Shown: in pieces, positions 35,195 to 45,504 of the stretch
How the letters are laid out: each line of letters opens with the position of its first letter
How positions within the stretch are numbered: position 1 is the first letter of the stretch
Origin: Polaromonas sp.
GTDB taxonomy: Bacteria > Pseudomonadota > Gammaproteobacteria > Burkholderiales > Burkholderiaceae_C
Direction: 5' to 3'
DNA: 64,000 nt
Assembly (NCBI GenBank): GCA_013298815.1
Contig: JAAFJF010000002.1
Location: 2,191-66,190 of the forward strand
The notes under the pieces: generated by a model
Database searches by the model: none
Told to the model about the DNA's origin: nothing
The model's input: only the letters and a program-made list of their open reading frames with translations
Position numbers and translations under genes: made by a program

Positions 35195-36253
35195 ATGACA
35201 CATCCCATTGAAACCGATGCCCTCATCGTTGGGGCGGGGCCGGTGGGTTTGTTTCAGGCTTTTGAGTTGGGTTTGCTGGGCATAAAGACACACATTGTCG
35301 ATGCCCTACCTCATACTGGTGGTCAATGCATCGAGCTTTACCCCGACAAGCCTATTTACGATATTCCAGGCACAGTCGCCACGACCGGGCGGCAGCTGGT
35401 AGCTTCACTTTTAGAGCAAATCAAGCCGTTTGGGACAGGGTTTCATTTAAACCGGCAAGTCAATGCCTTCGCGCGTCAGGCGGATGGGCGGTTTTTGGTG
35501 GAAACTACGGCTCATTCATCTGCCAGCCGATCGTTTTTGACCAAAACCATCTTTATCGTGGCTGGTGTGGGGGCTTTTCAGCCCAAAAAATTAACTGTTC
35601 CAGGTTTAGACGCATTCGTAGGAAAACAGCTTTTCTACCATTTAGATGGTGAAGCAGATTTTGCAGGCCAAAAGGTCATTCTAGTGGGTGGCGAAGACAC
35701 GGCTGTGGAGGCTGCGATTCAGCTGGCAAGTTCGGATGCAGTCAATGTCACCTTACTGCATCGACGTGATGTGTTCAAAGCCGAGCCTGGCAAGTTAGAC
35801 GCAATGCGCAGCCTGATTGCAACGGGTAAATTGCAGCTATGTATTGGGCAAATTACTGGTTTTGAGGAGAAAAACCAGCAATTGATGAGCTTGCAAGTGA
35901 CGGATGTGGATGGCAAACCTGCCCCGCTATCGGTAGATACGCTGCTGGTGCTGCAGGGTTTGTCGCCCAAGCTCGGCCCTGTCGGCGAATGGGGGCTAGC
36001 GATTGAACGCAAACAGTTGACTGTCGATACTGAGAAGTTTCAAACCAGCGAAGCGGGCATTTTTGCCGTGGGCGATATCAACACCTACCCTGGTAAAAAG
36101 AAGCTGATTTTATGTGGCTTTCATGAAGCAGCACTGGCATCGTTTGCTGCGGCTGCGATTGTTTTTCCCGATACGCCGACGATCTTGCAATACACCACGA
36201 CCAGTACAGTGCTGCACCAGCGCTTAGGCGTGGTGCACGAGAACAAGCAATAA
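35195..36253 (+). CDS. fpr: ferredoxin-NADP(+) reductase, thioredoxin-reductase-like type
   Basis: The track ORF 35000..36253 is over-extended into fdxA. The ATG at 35195 gives [26 protein letters not shown]. Other motifs are [19 protein letters not shown] and [23 protein letters not shown]. Confidence 0.85.
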   Translation: MTHPIETDALIVGAGPVGLFQAFELGLLGIKTHIVDALPHTGGQCIELYPDKPIYDIPGTVATTGRQLVASLLEQIKPFGTGFHLNRQVNAFARQADGRFLVETTAHSSASRSFLTKTIFIVAGVGAFQPKKLTVPGLDAFVGKQLFYHLDGEADFAGQKVILVGGEDTAVEAAIQLASSDAVNVTLLHRRDVFKAEPGKLDAMRSLIATGKLQLCIGQITGFEEKNQQLMSLQVTDVDGKPAPLSVDTLLVLQGLSPKLGPVGEWGLAIERKQLTVDTEKFQTSEAGIFAVGDINTYPGKKKLILCGFHEAALASFAAAAIVFPDTPTILQYTTTSTVLHQRLGVVHENKQ

Positions 36254-36500
36254 GTTTCAATAAAGTCCGCCCAAGTTTGGGGCTGTACCCTATCTGATCA
36301 TGGCTGGGAATGATGCCAAATTAGCAAAAGCTGATACGTTCTGGCACAAATTAGGGAAAACCATGCCCTAGTGATGCATGAAAGTACATACATTGATCTT
36401 GTGTGTATCAAAGCTATTTGCCTGTTTTCCATAAGATAGCCCACTATCGGTGCACCACTGTCATCGATAAGCACCTTAACTTAAACCAGGAGATAGACTC

Positions 36501-37811
36501 ATGAAATTGAAAGCTTCCCTAGCCATAGCCATAGCCTTTGGCTTGATGGCCGGCATGGCACACGCTGCCACTGAAATCGTCGTGGCGACCGTGAACAACG
36601 GTCACATGATCGAGATGCAAAAACAAACCAAACACTTTGAAGCCGCGAATCCGGATATCAAAGTGAAATGGGTCACTTTAGAAGAAGGTGCACTGCGCGC
36701 CCGCGTTACCACTGACATCGCCACCAAAGGCGGTCAGTTCGACGTGATGACCATCGGTATGTACGAAACACCGATTTGGGGTAAAAAAGGCTGGTTGAAC
36801 GAACTCAAAACCAGCGCTGCATACGACGCAGACGACATCTTGCCAGCGATGTGCAATGGCTTGTCAGTTGACGGCAAAATGTACGCAGCCCCGTTCTACG
36901 GCGAAAGCTCCATGTTGATGTACCGTAAGGACTTGGCAGACAAAGCTGGCGTGACTGTTCCTAGCAACCCAACTTGGGCACAAGTGAAAGACTTGGCAGC
37001 TAAGATTCACAACCCTAAAGAAGGCGTTTACGGTATTTGCTTGCGCGGCAAACCAGGCTGGGGTGACAACATGGCTTTCTTGACCACCTTGGTGAACACA
37101 TCAGGCGGCCAATGGTTTGACATGAAGTGGAAACCACAATTGGAATCCAAGCCTTGGAAAGACGCGATCACCTTCTACGTTGATTTGTTGACCAAATACG
37201 GCCCACCAGGCTCAGCTAACAACAGCTTCAACGAAATTTTGGCTTTGTACAACGAAGGCAAATGCGGTATGTGGATTGACGCGACCATCGCAGCATCTTT
37301 CATTACAGATCCTAAGCAATCTAAAGTAGCTGACAAAGTGGCTTTCGCACAAGCACCAACCATGGTGACACCAAAAGGTGCCAATTGGTTGTGGGCATGG
37401 GCTTTGGCAATTCCAGCAGGAACTAAAAATGCTGCTGCAGCACAAAAGTTCATCGAATGGTCAACCTCTAAAGAGTACATCAACCTGATCGGTAAAGAAG
37501 TGGGCTGGGGCAATGTGCCAACAGGTACTCGCAAAAGCACCTACACCAACGAAAACTTCTTGAAAGCCGCTAAGTTTGCAGTTGCAGAGAAGGCCGCTAT
37601 CGACAGCGCTAACCCGAACGACGCGACTTTGCCAAAGAGCCCATACGTCGGTGTACAGTTTGCTGCGATTCCTGAGTTCCAAGCCATTGGTATCGCAGTG
37701 GGTCAGCAAATGAGCGCAGCTTTGGCAGGCAAAACCACTATCGACAAAGCTTTGAAAGCTTCTCAGGTAGCAGCTGAGCGTGAAATGAAGAAAGCCGGCT
37801 ACTACAAATAA
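36501..37811 (+). CDS. polyol/sugar ABC transporter substrate-binding protein (SmoE/MtlE-like, CUT1)
   Basis: 436 aa with a signal peptide ending in AHA-ATE. It belongs to extracellular solute-binding family 1 and is the first gene of a binding-protein/two-permease/ATPase/dehydrogenase cluster. Confidence 0.8.
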   Translation: MKLKASLAIAIAFGLMAGMAHAATEIVVATVNNGHMIEMQKQTKHFEAANPDIKVKWVTLEEGALRARVTTDIATKGGQFDVMTIGMYETPIWGKKGWLNELKTSAAYDADDILPAMCNGLSVDGKMYAAPFYGESSMLMYRKDLADKAGVTVPSNPTWAQVKDLAAKIHNPKEGVYGICLRGKPGWGDNMAFLTTLVNTSGGQWFDMKWKPQLESKPWKDAITFYVDLLTKYGPPGSANNSFNEILALYNEGKCGMWIDATIAASFITDPKQSKVADKVAFAQAPTMVTPKGANWLWAWALAIPAGTKNAAAAQKFIEWSTSKEYINLIGKEVGWGNVPTGTRKSTYTNENFLKAAKFAVAEKAAIDSANPNDATLPKSPYVGVQFAAIPEFQAIGIAVGQQMSAALAGKTTIDKALKASQVAAEREMKKAGYYK

Positions 37812-37860
37812 TGTAGCAGCTTAGGCAAATAAATTGCCGGCTATCAGCAAAATAGCCGGC
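37811..37860 (+). repeat. dispersed intergenic repeat, copy 8 (variant with inverted duplication of the right arm)
   Basis: It reads ATGTAGCAGCTTAGGCAAATAAATTGCCGGCTATCAGCAAAATAGCCGGC. Confidence 0.7.
37836..37860 (+). terminator. stem-loop GCCGGCTAT-N7-ATAGCCGGC after the binding-protein gene (attenuator/terminator-like, no clear T-run)
   Basis: Read directly. It is built from the right arm of a dispersed-repeat copy. Confidence 0.35.
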
Positions 37861-37981
37861 AGATTATCCAGTGTATTCGTTAGGTTTTTTAGCTAAATTT
37901 ATTCACTGGCGCACCGCATGCATTTAAGTGTGAGGTGCGTCAGGCGGATAATTTATTCACTCCCCTCGGGCTAGTACCACC

Positions 37982-38842
37982 ATGAATCGTTTTTTACCCC
38001 GTCTATTGATGGCGCCAGCCGTAACCACGCTCTTTCTGTGGATGATCGTGCCCTTGGTGATGACCATCTACTTTTCACTCATCCGCTACAACCTGATGCA
38101 GCCAGAAGCTGTCGGTTTTATCGGTCTTGAAAACTTTGAATACTTCGTCACCGATCCATCTTTTGGTGAAGCAGTGAAAAACACATTGCTCTTGCTTGGT
38201 AGTGTGATTCTCATCACCGTCATCGGCGGTATTGGATTGGCATTATTGATTGACGAACCGTTCCCAGGCCGTGGCTTGGTGCGTATTTTGTTGATTTCAC
38301 CGTTTTTCGTCATGCCTACCGTCAATGCTCTGCTGTGGAAGCACATGATGATGAACCCCATTTATGGCGTGCTGGCGCAAGTTTGGCAGTTCTTTGGGGC
38401 GACGCCAATTGATTGGTTGACCGACTACCCTTTGTTCAGCGTCATCGTCATGGTGTCATGGCAATGGCTGCCTTTTGCAACCTTGATTTTCATCACCGCC
38501 CTGCAATCCATGAGCCGCGAGCAGTTAGAGGCCTCACGCATGGATGGCGCGACTTATTTGCAGCAATTGCGCTATTTGTATATCCCACATTTAGGCCGCT
38601 CTATAGCTGTTGTCGTGATGATTGAAATGATTTTTTTGCTCAGCGTGTTTGCAGAAATTTACACCACCACGGGTGGCGGTCCTGGCGATGCCAGCACCAA
38701 TGTGGCTTTCTTGATTTTCAAGCATGCCTTGCTGAGTTTTGATGCTGGCGTGGCTTCCGCCGGAGCGTTGTTTGCTGTCGTTTTGGCCAATATAGCCGCG
38801 ATATTCTTGATTCGTATGGTCGGCAAAAACCTAGATAAATAA
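37982..38842 (+). CDS. ABC transporter permease (SmoF/MtlF-like)
   Basis: 286 aa with six TM helices and an EAA-type loop ALQSMSREQLEASRMDGATYLQQLRYLYIP. Confidence 0.85.
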   Translation: MNRFLPRLLMAPAVTTLFLWMIVPLVMTIYFSLIRYNLMQPEAVGFIGLENFEYFVTDPSFGEAVKNTLLLLGSVILITVIGGIGLALLIDEPFPGRGLVRILLISPFFVMPTVNALLWKHMMMNPIYGVLAQVWQFFGATPIDWLTDYPLFSVIVMVSWQWLPFATLIFITALQSMSREQLEASRMDGATYLQQLRYLYIPHLGRSIAVVVMIEMIFLLSVFAEIYTTTGGGPGDASTNVAFLIFKHALLSFDAGVASAGALFAVVLANIAAIFLIRMVGKNLDK

Positions 38843-38849
38843 AAACACC

Positions 38850-39686
38850 ATGACATCTGCACCTAAATCTTCTATGACGCCCATGCTCGCGCTGCGAACT
38901 TGCGTGGCTTGGTTTTTCACCTTACTGCTGTTCTTCCCCTTGGGATGGTTGGCATTGATGGCATTTAAAACAGAACTACAAGCTATTTCAGTACCACCGC
39001 TGTTGATTTTCTCTCCCACGATGGAGAACTTCCATGAGGTGCAAGAACGAAGCGACTACCTCAGCTACGCTTGGAACTCGGTGATTACCAGCGTCGCATC
39101 TACTGTCATAGGTTTGGCTTTGGCAACACCTGCGGCATATTCCATGGCATTTTTCAAAAGCAAACGCACAAAAGACATTTTGATGTGGATGCTGTCAACA
39201 AAAATGATGCCTGCCGTTGGCGCGCTTGTGCCCATCTATGTGATGGCGCAATACTCAGGTTTGCTGGATTCACGCACGGCCTTGATCATCGTGTTCACCA
39301 TGAGCAACTTGCCCATCATGGTGTGGATGATGTACTCAAACTTCAAAGACATTCCGTCTGAAATCTTGGAAGCATCACGCATGGATGGCGCAACTTTGTA
39401 TCAAGAATTCCGCCATGTGCTCATGCCTTTAGCGATGGGTGGTTTAGCTTCTACAGGTTTGCTGTGCTTGGTTTTGAGCTGGAATGAAGCCTTTTGGGCC
39501 TTAAATTTAAGTGCCGCAAAATCAGGCACTTTGGCGACTTTGATTGCATCGTATTCTAGCCCAGAAGGCTTATTTTGGGCCAAGTTATCAGCGGCCTCTT
39601 TGATGGCGATTGCTCCCATCGTGGTCTTCGGTTGGTTCAGTCAAAAGCAATTGATCCAAGGCTTGACCTTTGGTGCTGTGAAGTAA
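38850..39686 (+). CDS. ABC transporter permease (SmoG/MtlG-like)
   Basis: 278 aa with the EAA loop FKDIPSEILEASRMDGATLYQEFRHVLMP. Confidence 0.85.
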   Translation: MTSAPKSSMTPMLALRTCVAWFFTLLLFFPLGWLALMAFKTELQAISVPPLLIFSPTMENFHEVQERSDYLSYAWNSVITSVASTVIGLALATPAAYSMAFFKSKRTKDILMWMLSTKMMPAVGALVPIYVMAQYSGLLDSRTALIIVFTMSNLPIMVWMMYSNFKDIPSEILEASRMDGATLYQEFRHVLMPLAMGGLASTGLLCLVLSWNEAFWALNLSAAKSGTLATLIASYSSPEGLFWAKLSAASLMAIAPIVVFGWFSQKQLIQGLTFGAVK

Positions 39687-39763
39687 TTCGATTCGAATTT
39701 CACAAATCAATTCATCAATTAACACCCAAATTGAATTCCAAAATTAGTAAATAGAAAGTTTAT

Positions 39764-40804
39764 ATGGCTTATCTGCAATTAAAAAACGTTGAAAAGTTCT
39801 TTGGAGAACACCGTGCAATCAAGGGCATTGACCTGTCCATCAATCCTGGCGAATTCGTCGTTTTTGTTGGTCCCTCTGGCTGCGGCAAATCAACCTTATT
39901 GCGTTTGATTGCAGGCTTAGAGCAGATTGATGGCGGCTCGCTGGAACTTGAAGGCCGTGACATTACCAACCTGCCCTCTAGCCAGCGCGATTTAGCGATG
40001 GTATTTCAAAGCTACGCTTTGTATCCGCACATGAGTGTGTTTGAAAACATGAGCTTTGCTTTGAAATTGGCCAAGGCAGATCCTGCCGTTATTCAAGAAA
40101 AGGTCAGCAAAGCTGCGAAAATTTTGAATTTGACCGATTATTTGCAAAGAACGCCTAAAGAACTCTCTGGCGGACAGCGTCAACGTGTTGCCATTGGTCG
40201 CGCAATCGTGCGTGCCCCTAAAGTGTTTTTGTTTGACGAACCTTTGTCAAATTTAGACGCAGCACTACGTGGCCAAACCCGCATTGAAATTGCCAAATTA
40301 CATCGCGACTTAGGCGCAACCACGATCTACGTCACGCATGATCAGGTCGAAGCCATGACATTAGCTGACCGCGTTGTTGTGCTGCGGGATGGTCTGATTG
40401 AACAGGTTGGCACGCCACTGGAGCTTTACGACAAACCGGCAAACCAATTTGTCGCGCAATTCATTGGTACGCCACAGATGAATATCGTGTCCCTCGCTGA
40501 CTTAACGCAACTTGGTAATATTCCTGGCATCGCCGCACCTGCTGATGGATTTGTCGGTTTGCGTCCAGAAAATGTGACCCTAACCGGTGTTGACCAAGGC
40601 CAATTCTCAGCCAAAGTCGAATTGGTGGAAGCCTTGGGCGCAGAAACTTTGATTTATGTGACAACAGCGCGCGGCACACAGCTGGTAGCACGTCAAAACA
40701 CGCGTACAAATCTCAGCGTAGGTTCTGATGTAGGTGTCAGCATTGACGTTGCAACAGCACACTTTTTTGACTCTAAAGGTCGTGTTACCGCGGCAACTAA
40801 ATAA
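39764..40804 (+). CDS. ABC transporter ATP-binding protein (MalK/UgpC/SmoK-like)
   Basis: 346 aa with Walker A GPSGCGKST, signature LSGGQRQRV, Walker B LFDEPLSNLD and a C-terminal regulatory TOBE-like domain. Confidence 0.9.
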   Translation: MAYLQLKNVEKFFGEHRAIKGIDLSINPGEFVVFVGPSGCGKSTLLRLIAGLEQIDGGSLELEGRDITNLPSSQRDLAMVFQSYALYPHMSVFENMSFALKLAKADPAVIQEKVSKAAKILNLTDYLQRTPKELSGGQRQRVAIGRAIVRAPKVFLFDEPLSNLDAALRGQTRIEIAKLHRDLGATTIYVTHDQVEAMTLADRVVVLRDGLIEQVGTPLELYDKPANQFVAQFIGTPQMNIVSLADLTQLGNIPGIAAPADGFVGLRPENVTLTGVDQGQFSAKVELVEALGAETLIYVTTARGTQLVARQNTRTNLSVGSDVGVSIDVATAHFFDSKGRVTAATK

Positions 40805-40817
40805 GCAACTTAGCCAT

Positions 40818-42236
40818 ATGACAACCGAGCTAACAACGCCTTACGTCATGCTGCATCTAGGTGTGGGCTCGTTTCACCGAGCACACCAAGCGCTGTACAT
40901 CCACAATCTACAAACTTCTGGCGACCGCAGCTGGCAGCTGGCTGGCGGGAACATTCGCGCCGATATGGCCGACACCATAACCTCGTTAGCCGTACAACAT
41001 GGTGAATACACCCTAGAAACCATCACGCCAGCCGGCGTGCATGATTTCACTCGGATAAAAGCCATCCATCAAGTCATTCCTTTTGAGCCAACATTAGCGG
41101 CCTTGATAGCGACAGCAGCTAAGCCAACGACCCGTATCATTTCGTTCACGGTCACTGAAGCAGGCTACTACCTTGATGCAAAAAATGTGCTTGATACATC
41201 GATCAACGATGTAGCGATAGATTTAGAACTAGCACGCCAACATGCACCTGGCAGCACGATTTACGGTGCACTCACTGCCATCCTGCGTCAACGTATGCTA
41301 TCTAACAGCGGGCAAGTGACCCTGCTCAACTGTGACAATTTGCGACACAACGGCGACCGTTCGCGCAGCGGTTTGCTGCAATTCATCACCTTGCTGGGTG
41401 ATACCGATTTGCTAGCCTGGGTCAACGCCAACACAACCAGCCCCAACGCGATGGTGGACCGTATCACGCCACGTCCTACGGCTGATGTGGCCGAGCGCGT
41501 GCTCAAAGCCACCGGCTGGGCGGATGCCGTTCCGGTGATGGGTGAAAGCTTTATTCAATGGGTGATTGAAGACAATTTCTGTGCTGGTCGTCCTGCTTGG
41601 GAAAAGGTGGGTGTCGAGATGGTGACATCAGTTGCACCCTACGAAGAAGCAAAAATTCGTCTGCTCAACGCCGCGCATAGCTGTATCGCTTGGGCAGGAA
41701 CGTTGGTGGGTTACCAATATATCCATGAAGGCACACACGATGCGGCCATTCGCAAGTTTGCTTTTGACTATGCCACTGACGATGTCATTCCTGTTTTGAA
41801 CACACAGGAAAAGCCTAGCCCGATTGATTTGGCAGCTTACCGCGATGTGGTACTTGACCGCTTTGGCAACCCTGCCATTTGCGACACAAATCAACGCGTA
41901 GCGATGGATGGCTATTCAAAAATTCCTGGCTTCATTACACCGACTATTCGTGAAAGACTCGCCCGTGGTGAGTCCATCGCCAGTGTTTCCATCTTGCCTG
42001 CTCTGTTTTTAGCCTATTTACAGCGCTGGCACAAAGGTCAAATCACTTACATTTATCAAGATCAAGCCATGAATGTAGACGCAGCACACGCCATGTGTGA
42101 TGCAACAGACCCCATCGCCGCCTATTGTACTGATGCGGTTTTATGGGGCGAATTAGCAAACGATCCAAGGCTGGTAGCTGCAATGCGTCAGGCCTATCAA
42201 CAAGTTACTAACTTTATTAAAAACCACAAATTATGA
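40818..42236 (+). CDS. long-chain mannitol dehydrogenase family polyol dehydrogenase (mannitol 2-DH / arabinitol 4-DH like)
   Basis: The track ORF starts at 40734, inside the ATPase gene. ATG 40818 gives MTTELTTPYVMLHLGVGSFHRAHQALY, the family N-terminus. Other motifs are VDRITP and KIRLLNAAHS. Confidence 0.8.
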   Translation: MTTELTTPYVMLHLGVGSFHRAHQALYIHNLQTSGDRSWQLAGGNIRADMADTITSLAVQHGEYTLETITPAGVHDFTRIKAIHQVIPFEPTLAALIATAAKPTTRIISFTVTEAGYYLDAKNVLDTSINDVAIDLELARQHAPGSTIYGALTAILRQRMLSNSGQVTLLNCDNLRHNGDRSRSGLLQFITLLGDTDLLAWVNANTTSPNAMVDRITPRPTADVAERVLKATGWADAVPVMGESFIQWVIEDNFCAGRPAWEKVGVEMVTSVAPYEEAKIRLLNAAHSCIAWAGTLVGYQYIHEGTHDAAIRKFAFDYATDDVIPVLNTQEKPSPIDLAAYRDVVLDRFGNPAICDTNQRVAMDGYSKIPGFITPTIRERLARGESIASVSILPALFLAYLQRWHKGQITYIYQDQAMNVDAAHAMCDATDPIAAYCTDAVLWGELANDPRLVAAMRQAYQQVTNFIKNHKL

Positions 42237-43018
42237 GTACACGTTTAATTAATCGACACGCTGTTTTGACAGGTGCAGGTGGTGGCATTGGTGCGGCAGT
42301 TGCTGCAGCCTATTTGCACGAAGGTGCGATTTGTAGCGTGGTAGATTTACCGCATGCAGCTTCCGAAGAAGTACAAAACTTGGCTGTTCAGTACCCCGGA
42401 AAAGTTAAATACATTTCAGCCAATGTGACCAAGTCAACTGACATCGACCGATTGGTGCAAGTAGCCAGCGATGCATTTGGTCCTATTCATATTCTTTATA
42501 ACAACGCTGCTATTTTTGATATGGCCCCATTGCTAGAGAGCGACGAGGCCATGTACGACAAAATGTTTGCAGTGAACGTAAAAGGTGCATTTTTTGTCAT
42601 GCAAAAGGTATTGGCGCACATGGTGACGAACAAGACGCGAGGATCGGTTATCAACATGGCATCGCAAGCTGGCAGACGTGGCGAGGCATTGGTGTCGCAC
42701 TATTGCGCGACAAAGGCTGCAATCATCAGCTACACGCAAAGCGCTGCGTTGGCAATGGCATCGCACCATATCCGCGTTAACGGTATTGCGCCTGGCGTGA
42801 TTGCAACGCCCATGTGGAAGCATGTGGATGCACTTTTTGCCAAATATGAAAACTTGCCTTTGGGTGAAAAGAAAAAACAAGTTGGCTTAGCCGTACCTTT
42901 GGGCTACATGGGTGACCCCACTGACATCTGCGGAGCGGCCATCTTCTTGGCCAGCGACGAGGCATCCTACATCACAGCACAAACGCTCAACGTTGATGGT
43001 GGCAATGTCATGAGCTAA
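42233..43018 (+). CDS. short-chain dehydrogenase/reductase, sorbitol dehydrogenase (SmoS)-like
   Basis: 261 aa with TGAGGGIG, NNAA, the catalytic Y-x3-K (HYCATKAA) and NVDGGNVMS. It has a 4-nt overlap with the upstream dehydrogenase. Confidence 0.8.
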   Translation: MSTRLINRHAVLTGAGGGIGAAVAAAYLHEGAICSVVDLPHAASEEVQNLAVQYPGKVKYISANVTKSTDIDRLVQVASDAFGPIHILYNNAAIFDMAPLLESDEAMYDKMFAVNVKGAFFVMQKVLAHMVTNKTRGSVINMASQAGRRGEALVSHYCATKAAIISYTQSAALAMASHHIRVNGIAPGVIATPMWKHVDALFAKYENLPLGEKKKQVGLAVPLGYMGDPTDICGAAIFLASDEASYITAQTLNVDGGNVMS

Positions 43019-43028
43019 GGCTTATGAT

Positions 43029-44018
43029 ATGGTTAGGTCACATGATGCAATGACAAACTCAAAATCCCCTTCAGCAACCCCAAAAAACTCAAAGTCTGTA
43101 CGAAATAAAACGAGACAGCCCGAGTTGGAGGCGGACTACAACCGTAGCCCAGCCCTGGGATATGAACCCACGAATGAAGTTGGTTTTATTCGCTGCTTGG
43201 ACCACGGCTACCCCACTCCACTTGCGCGTTGGCATTGCCATGAAGAATACGAGCTGCACATGATCACGGCAACTTCAGGGAAGGCTTTTGTGGGAGACTG
43301 GATTGGCCCGTTTGAACCAGGTCACGTTGTTTTATGTGGCCCTAAATTGCCGCACAACTGGATTTCACTCGACATTCCACCTGAAGGTGTTGAACACCGA
43401 GATTTGGTGATTCAGTTTCAGCACGCTCCCATTGAGCAAGCAAGCCAAACCATTCCCGAATTTGCGGAACTGCTGCCGCTTTTAGAGCGTGCACGACATG
43501 GGATTGAGTTTTTTGGTCTCTCCCAAAGCGGTCAAACCCATTGGCACCACGTCAAAGAATCCAAAGGTGCACGTCGTTTAGCGGCTTTTCTTGAGTTGAT
43601 GACTGATTTGGCGCGCTGCACAGACTACCGCATGTTGTCTAGCGTGCAAATGCAAGGTGTGGACAATGCGGCTGAGCTGGATCAAATCAACATCGTTGTC
43701 AATCGCATCACCGAAAACATGGCCTTGCCACTGACTGCTGCGCAAATGGCGGACGATATGGGTATGAGTGAAACTCGTTTCTCGCGTTTTTTCAAACGCA
43801 GCACGGGTCACTCCTTCACTGATTTTGTGAACCAAGTACGCATTCACCGTGCCTGCCAATTGCTGATGAGTTCTGACCATTACGTGACCAATATTTGTTA
43901 CGACGTTGGCTTCAATAACGTCGCCAATTTCAATCGACGGTTCTTAGAGCTAAAGGGCACCACGCCCACTGAGTTTCGTAAGCTAGCAGAAAATCGTTTT
44001 GGTGGCGCAGCTAGATAG
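43029..44018 (+). CDS. AraC family transcriptional regulator (MtlR-like polyol operon activator is an inference)
   Basis: 329 aa. It has an N-terminal cupin-like domain (WHCHEEYELHMI) and a C-terminal double HTH (MSETRFSRFFKRSTGHSFTDFVNQVRIHRACQLL, ICYDVGFNNVANFNRRF). Confidence 0.8.
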   Translation: MVRSHDAMTNSKSPSATPKNSKSVRNKTRQPELEADYNRSPALGYEPTNEVGFIRCLDHGYPTPLARWHCHEEYELHMITATSGKAFVGDWIGPFEPGHVVLCGPKLPHNWISLDIPPEGVEHRDLVIQFQHAPIEQASQTIPEFAELLPLLERARHGIEFFGLSQSGQTHWHHVKESKGARRLAAFLELMTDLARCTDYRMLSSVQMQGVDNAAELDQINIVVNRITENMALPLTAAQMADDMGMSETRFSRFFKRSTGHSFTDFVNQVRIHRACQLLMSSDHYVTNICYDVGFNNVANFNRRFLELKGTTPTEFRKLAENRFGGAAR

Positions 44019-44040
44019 CTCCTTCCGCTAAACTAAGGCA

Positions 44041-45264
44041 ATGAATGATTTGCCCAAAAACACAGTCCGAAATTTATCTCAAAATTTGCCCTTAACGGGT
44101 TTACGAGTCGTTGAATTCACCCACATGGTGATGGGCCCCACTTGCGGCATGGTACTGGCTGACATGGGCGCTGAGGTCATCAAAGTAGAACCTATTGATG
44201 GCGATCGCACACGCCACCTGCTAGGTGCTGGCGCTGGTTTCTTCCCCATGTTTAACCGGAATAAAAAAAGTATTGCCATTGACCTGCAAAAACCTGAAGG
44301 TGCAGCCATCGCAAGAAAGCTAGCCAACTCTGCTGACGTAGTTTTAGAAAACTTCAAACCCGGCACCATGGTCAAATACGGTTTGGACTATGCAAGCTTG
44401 TCGGTAACTAACCCAAAGCTCATCTATGTCGCTCACAAAGGCTTTTTACCTGGCCCTTACGAACACCGTACAGCCTTAGACGAAGTGGTGCAAATGATGG
44501 GCGGTTTAGCCTATATGACGGGACGGCCAGGCGACCCACTACGTGCAGGTAGCAGTGTGAACGACATCATGGGTGGCATGTTCGGCGCGATTGGTACATT
44601 AGGGGCGTTAGTGCAGCGCGGCATCACTGGGCGTGGGCAAGAGGTGCAGTCCGCTTTGTTTGAAAACAATGTTTTCTTAGTTGGCCAGCACATGCTTCAA
44701 TACGCCATTACGGGTAAACCTGCCGCCCCGATGCCTGATCGTATTTCACCTTGGGCTTTGTATGATGTTTTCACAGTTAAAAACGAGGAACAAATCTTTT
44801 TAGCAACGGTGTCAGACGCGCAATGGTTCATATTTTGCGAAGCTTTTGGCTTCTCGGACCTGAAAGTTGACCCACTTTTAGCGACAAACAACGACCGCGT
44901 TCGTATGCGTGCAACAATGATGCCCGATTTACGTACACGTTTAGCGGCCTATACCGTCACAGAAATTGCGCAAATTTTTGAGTCCAAAGGCCTGCCTTTT
45001 GCGCCCATAACAAGACCTGAAGAGTTATATGACGATGAACATTTGATTGCCAGCGGCGGCTTGGCGGACATCCTGCTACCAGACGGCGACCGCGCGGGTC
45101 AAAAGACCCAAACCGCACTTTTTCCATTCACCATGGCTGGCCAGCGCATGGGCGTTCGGCTTAACCCACCGACAAAAGGTGAACATACCGATGCAGTTTT
45201 ACAGGACATCGGAGTTGCGACTGCAGAAATAACGTCCCTCAGATTACTAGAAGCAATTGCTTGA
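44041..45264 (+). CDS. family III CoA-transferase (CaiB/BaiF family)
   Basis: 407 aa with LRVVEFTHMVMGPTCGMVLADMGAEVIKVE, NRNKKSI, VLENFKPG and the catalytic Asp context GSSVNDIMGG. Confidence 0.85.
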   Translation: MNDLPKNTVRNLSQNLPLTGLRVVEFTHMVMGPTCGMVLADMGAEVIKVEPIDGDRTRHLLGAGAGFFPMFNRNKKSIAIDLQKPEGAAIARKLANSADVVLENFKPGTMVKYGLDYASLSVTNPKLIYVAHKGFLPGPYEHRTALDEVVQMMGGLAYMTGRPGDPLRAGSSVNDIMGGMFGAIGTLGALVQRGITGRGQEVQSALFENNVFLVGQHMLQYAITGKPAAPMPDRISPWALYDVFTVKNEEQIFLATVSDAQWFIFCEAFGFSDLKVDPLLATNNDRVRMRATMMPDLRTRLAAYTVTEIAQIFESKGLPFAPITRPEELYDDEHLIASGGLADILLPDGDRAGQKTQTALFPFTMAGQRMGVRLNPPTKGEHTDAVLQDIGVATAEITSLRLLEAIA

Positions 45265-45314
45265 GTCAAAACGCACACTTTAGTATTATTAATTTTATAC
45301 TGTTGCTATATTTT

Positions 45315-45400
45315 GTATAGCCGCTTAGGTAGTTAAATCATGGGCTTTTATCATATTTGAATCTTAAAAATTACTATTAAATTGATAGCAAATTTAAAGT
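45315..45400 (+). repeat. dispersed intergenic repeat, copy 9 (degenerate, plus a separate left-arm fragment)
   Basis: It reads TGTATAGCCGCTTAGGTAGTTAAATCATGGGC. At 45370..45400, TTACTATTAAATTGATAGCAAATTTAAAG matches the outer arm of copy 3. Confidence 0.5.
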
Positions 45401-45504
45401 CGATTTTGTGTGATTATTCACATGAAAATATTTAAAAATCACAGTGAATTTTTCTTAAATAGAAGAAATACTGCTCTAATAGCTCTCCAGGGCTTATTAC
45501 AGGC

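Noticed and set aside
40734-40817. Upstream extension of the polyol dehydrogenase ORF into the ABC ATPase gene.
   Set aside because: It overlaps the ATPase 3' end. The family N-terminus (YVMLHLGVGSFHRAH) begins just after the ATG at 40818, which lies in the spacer.
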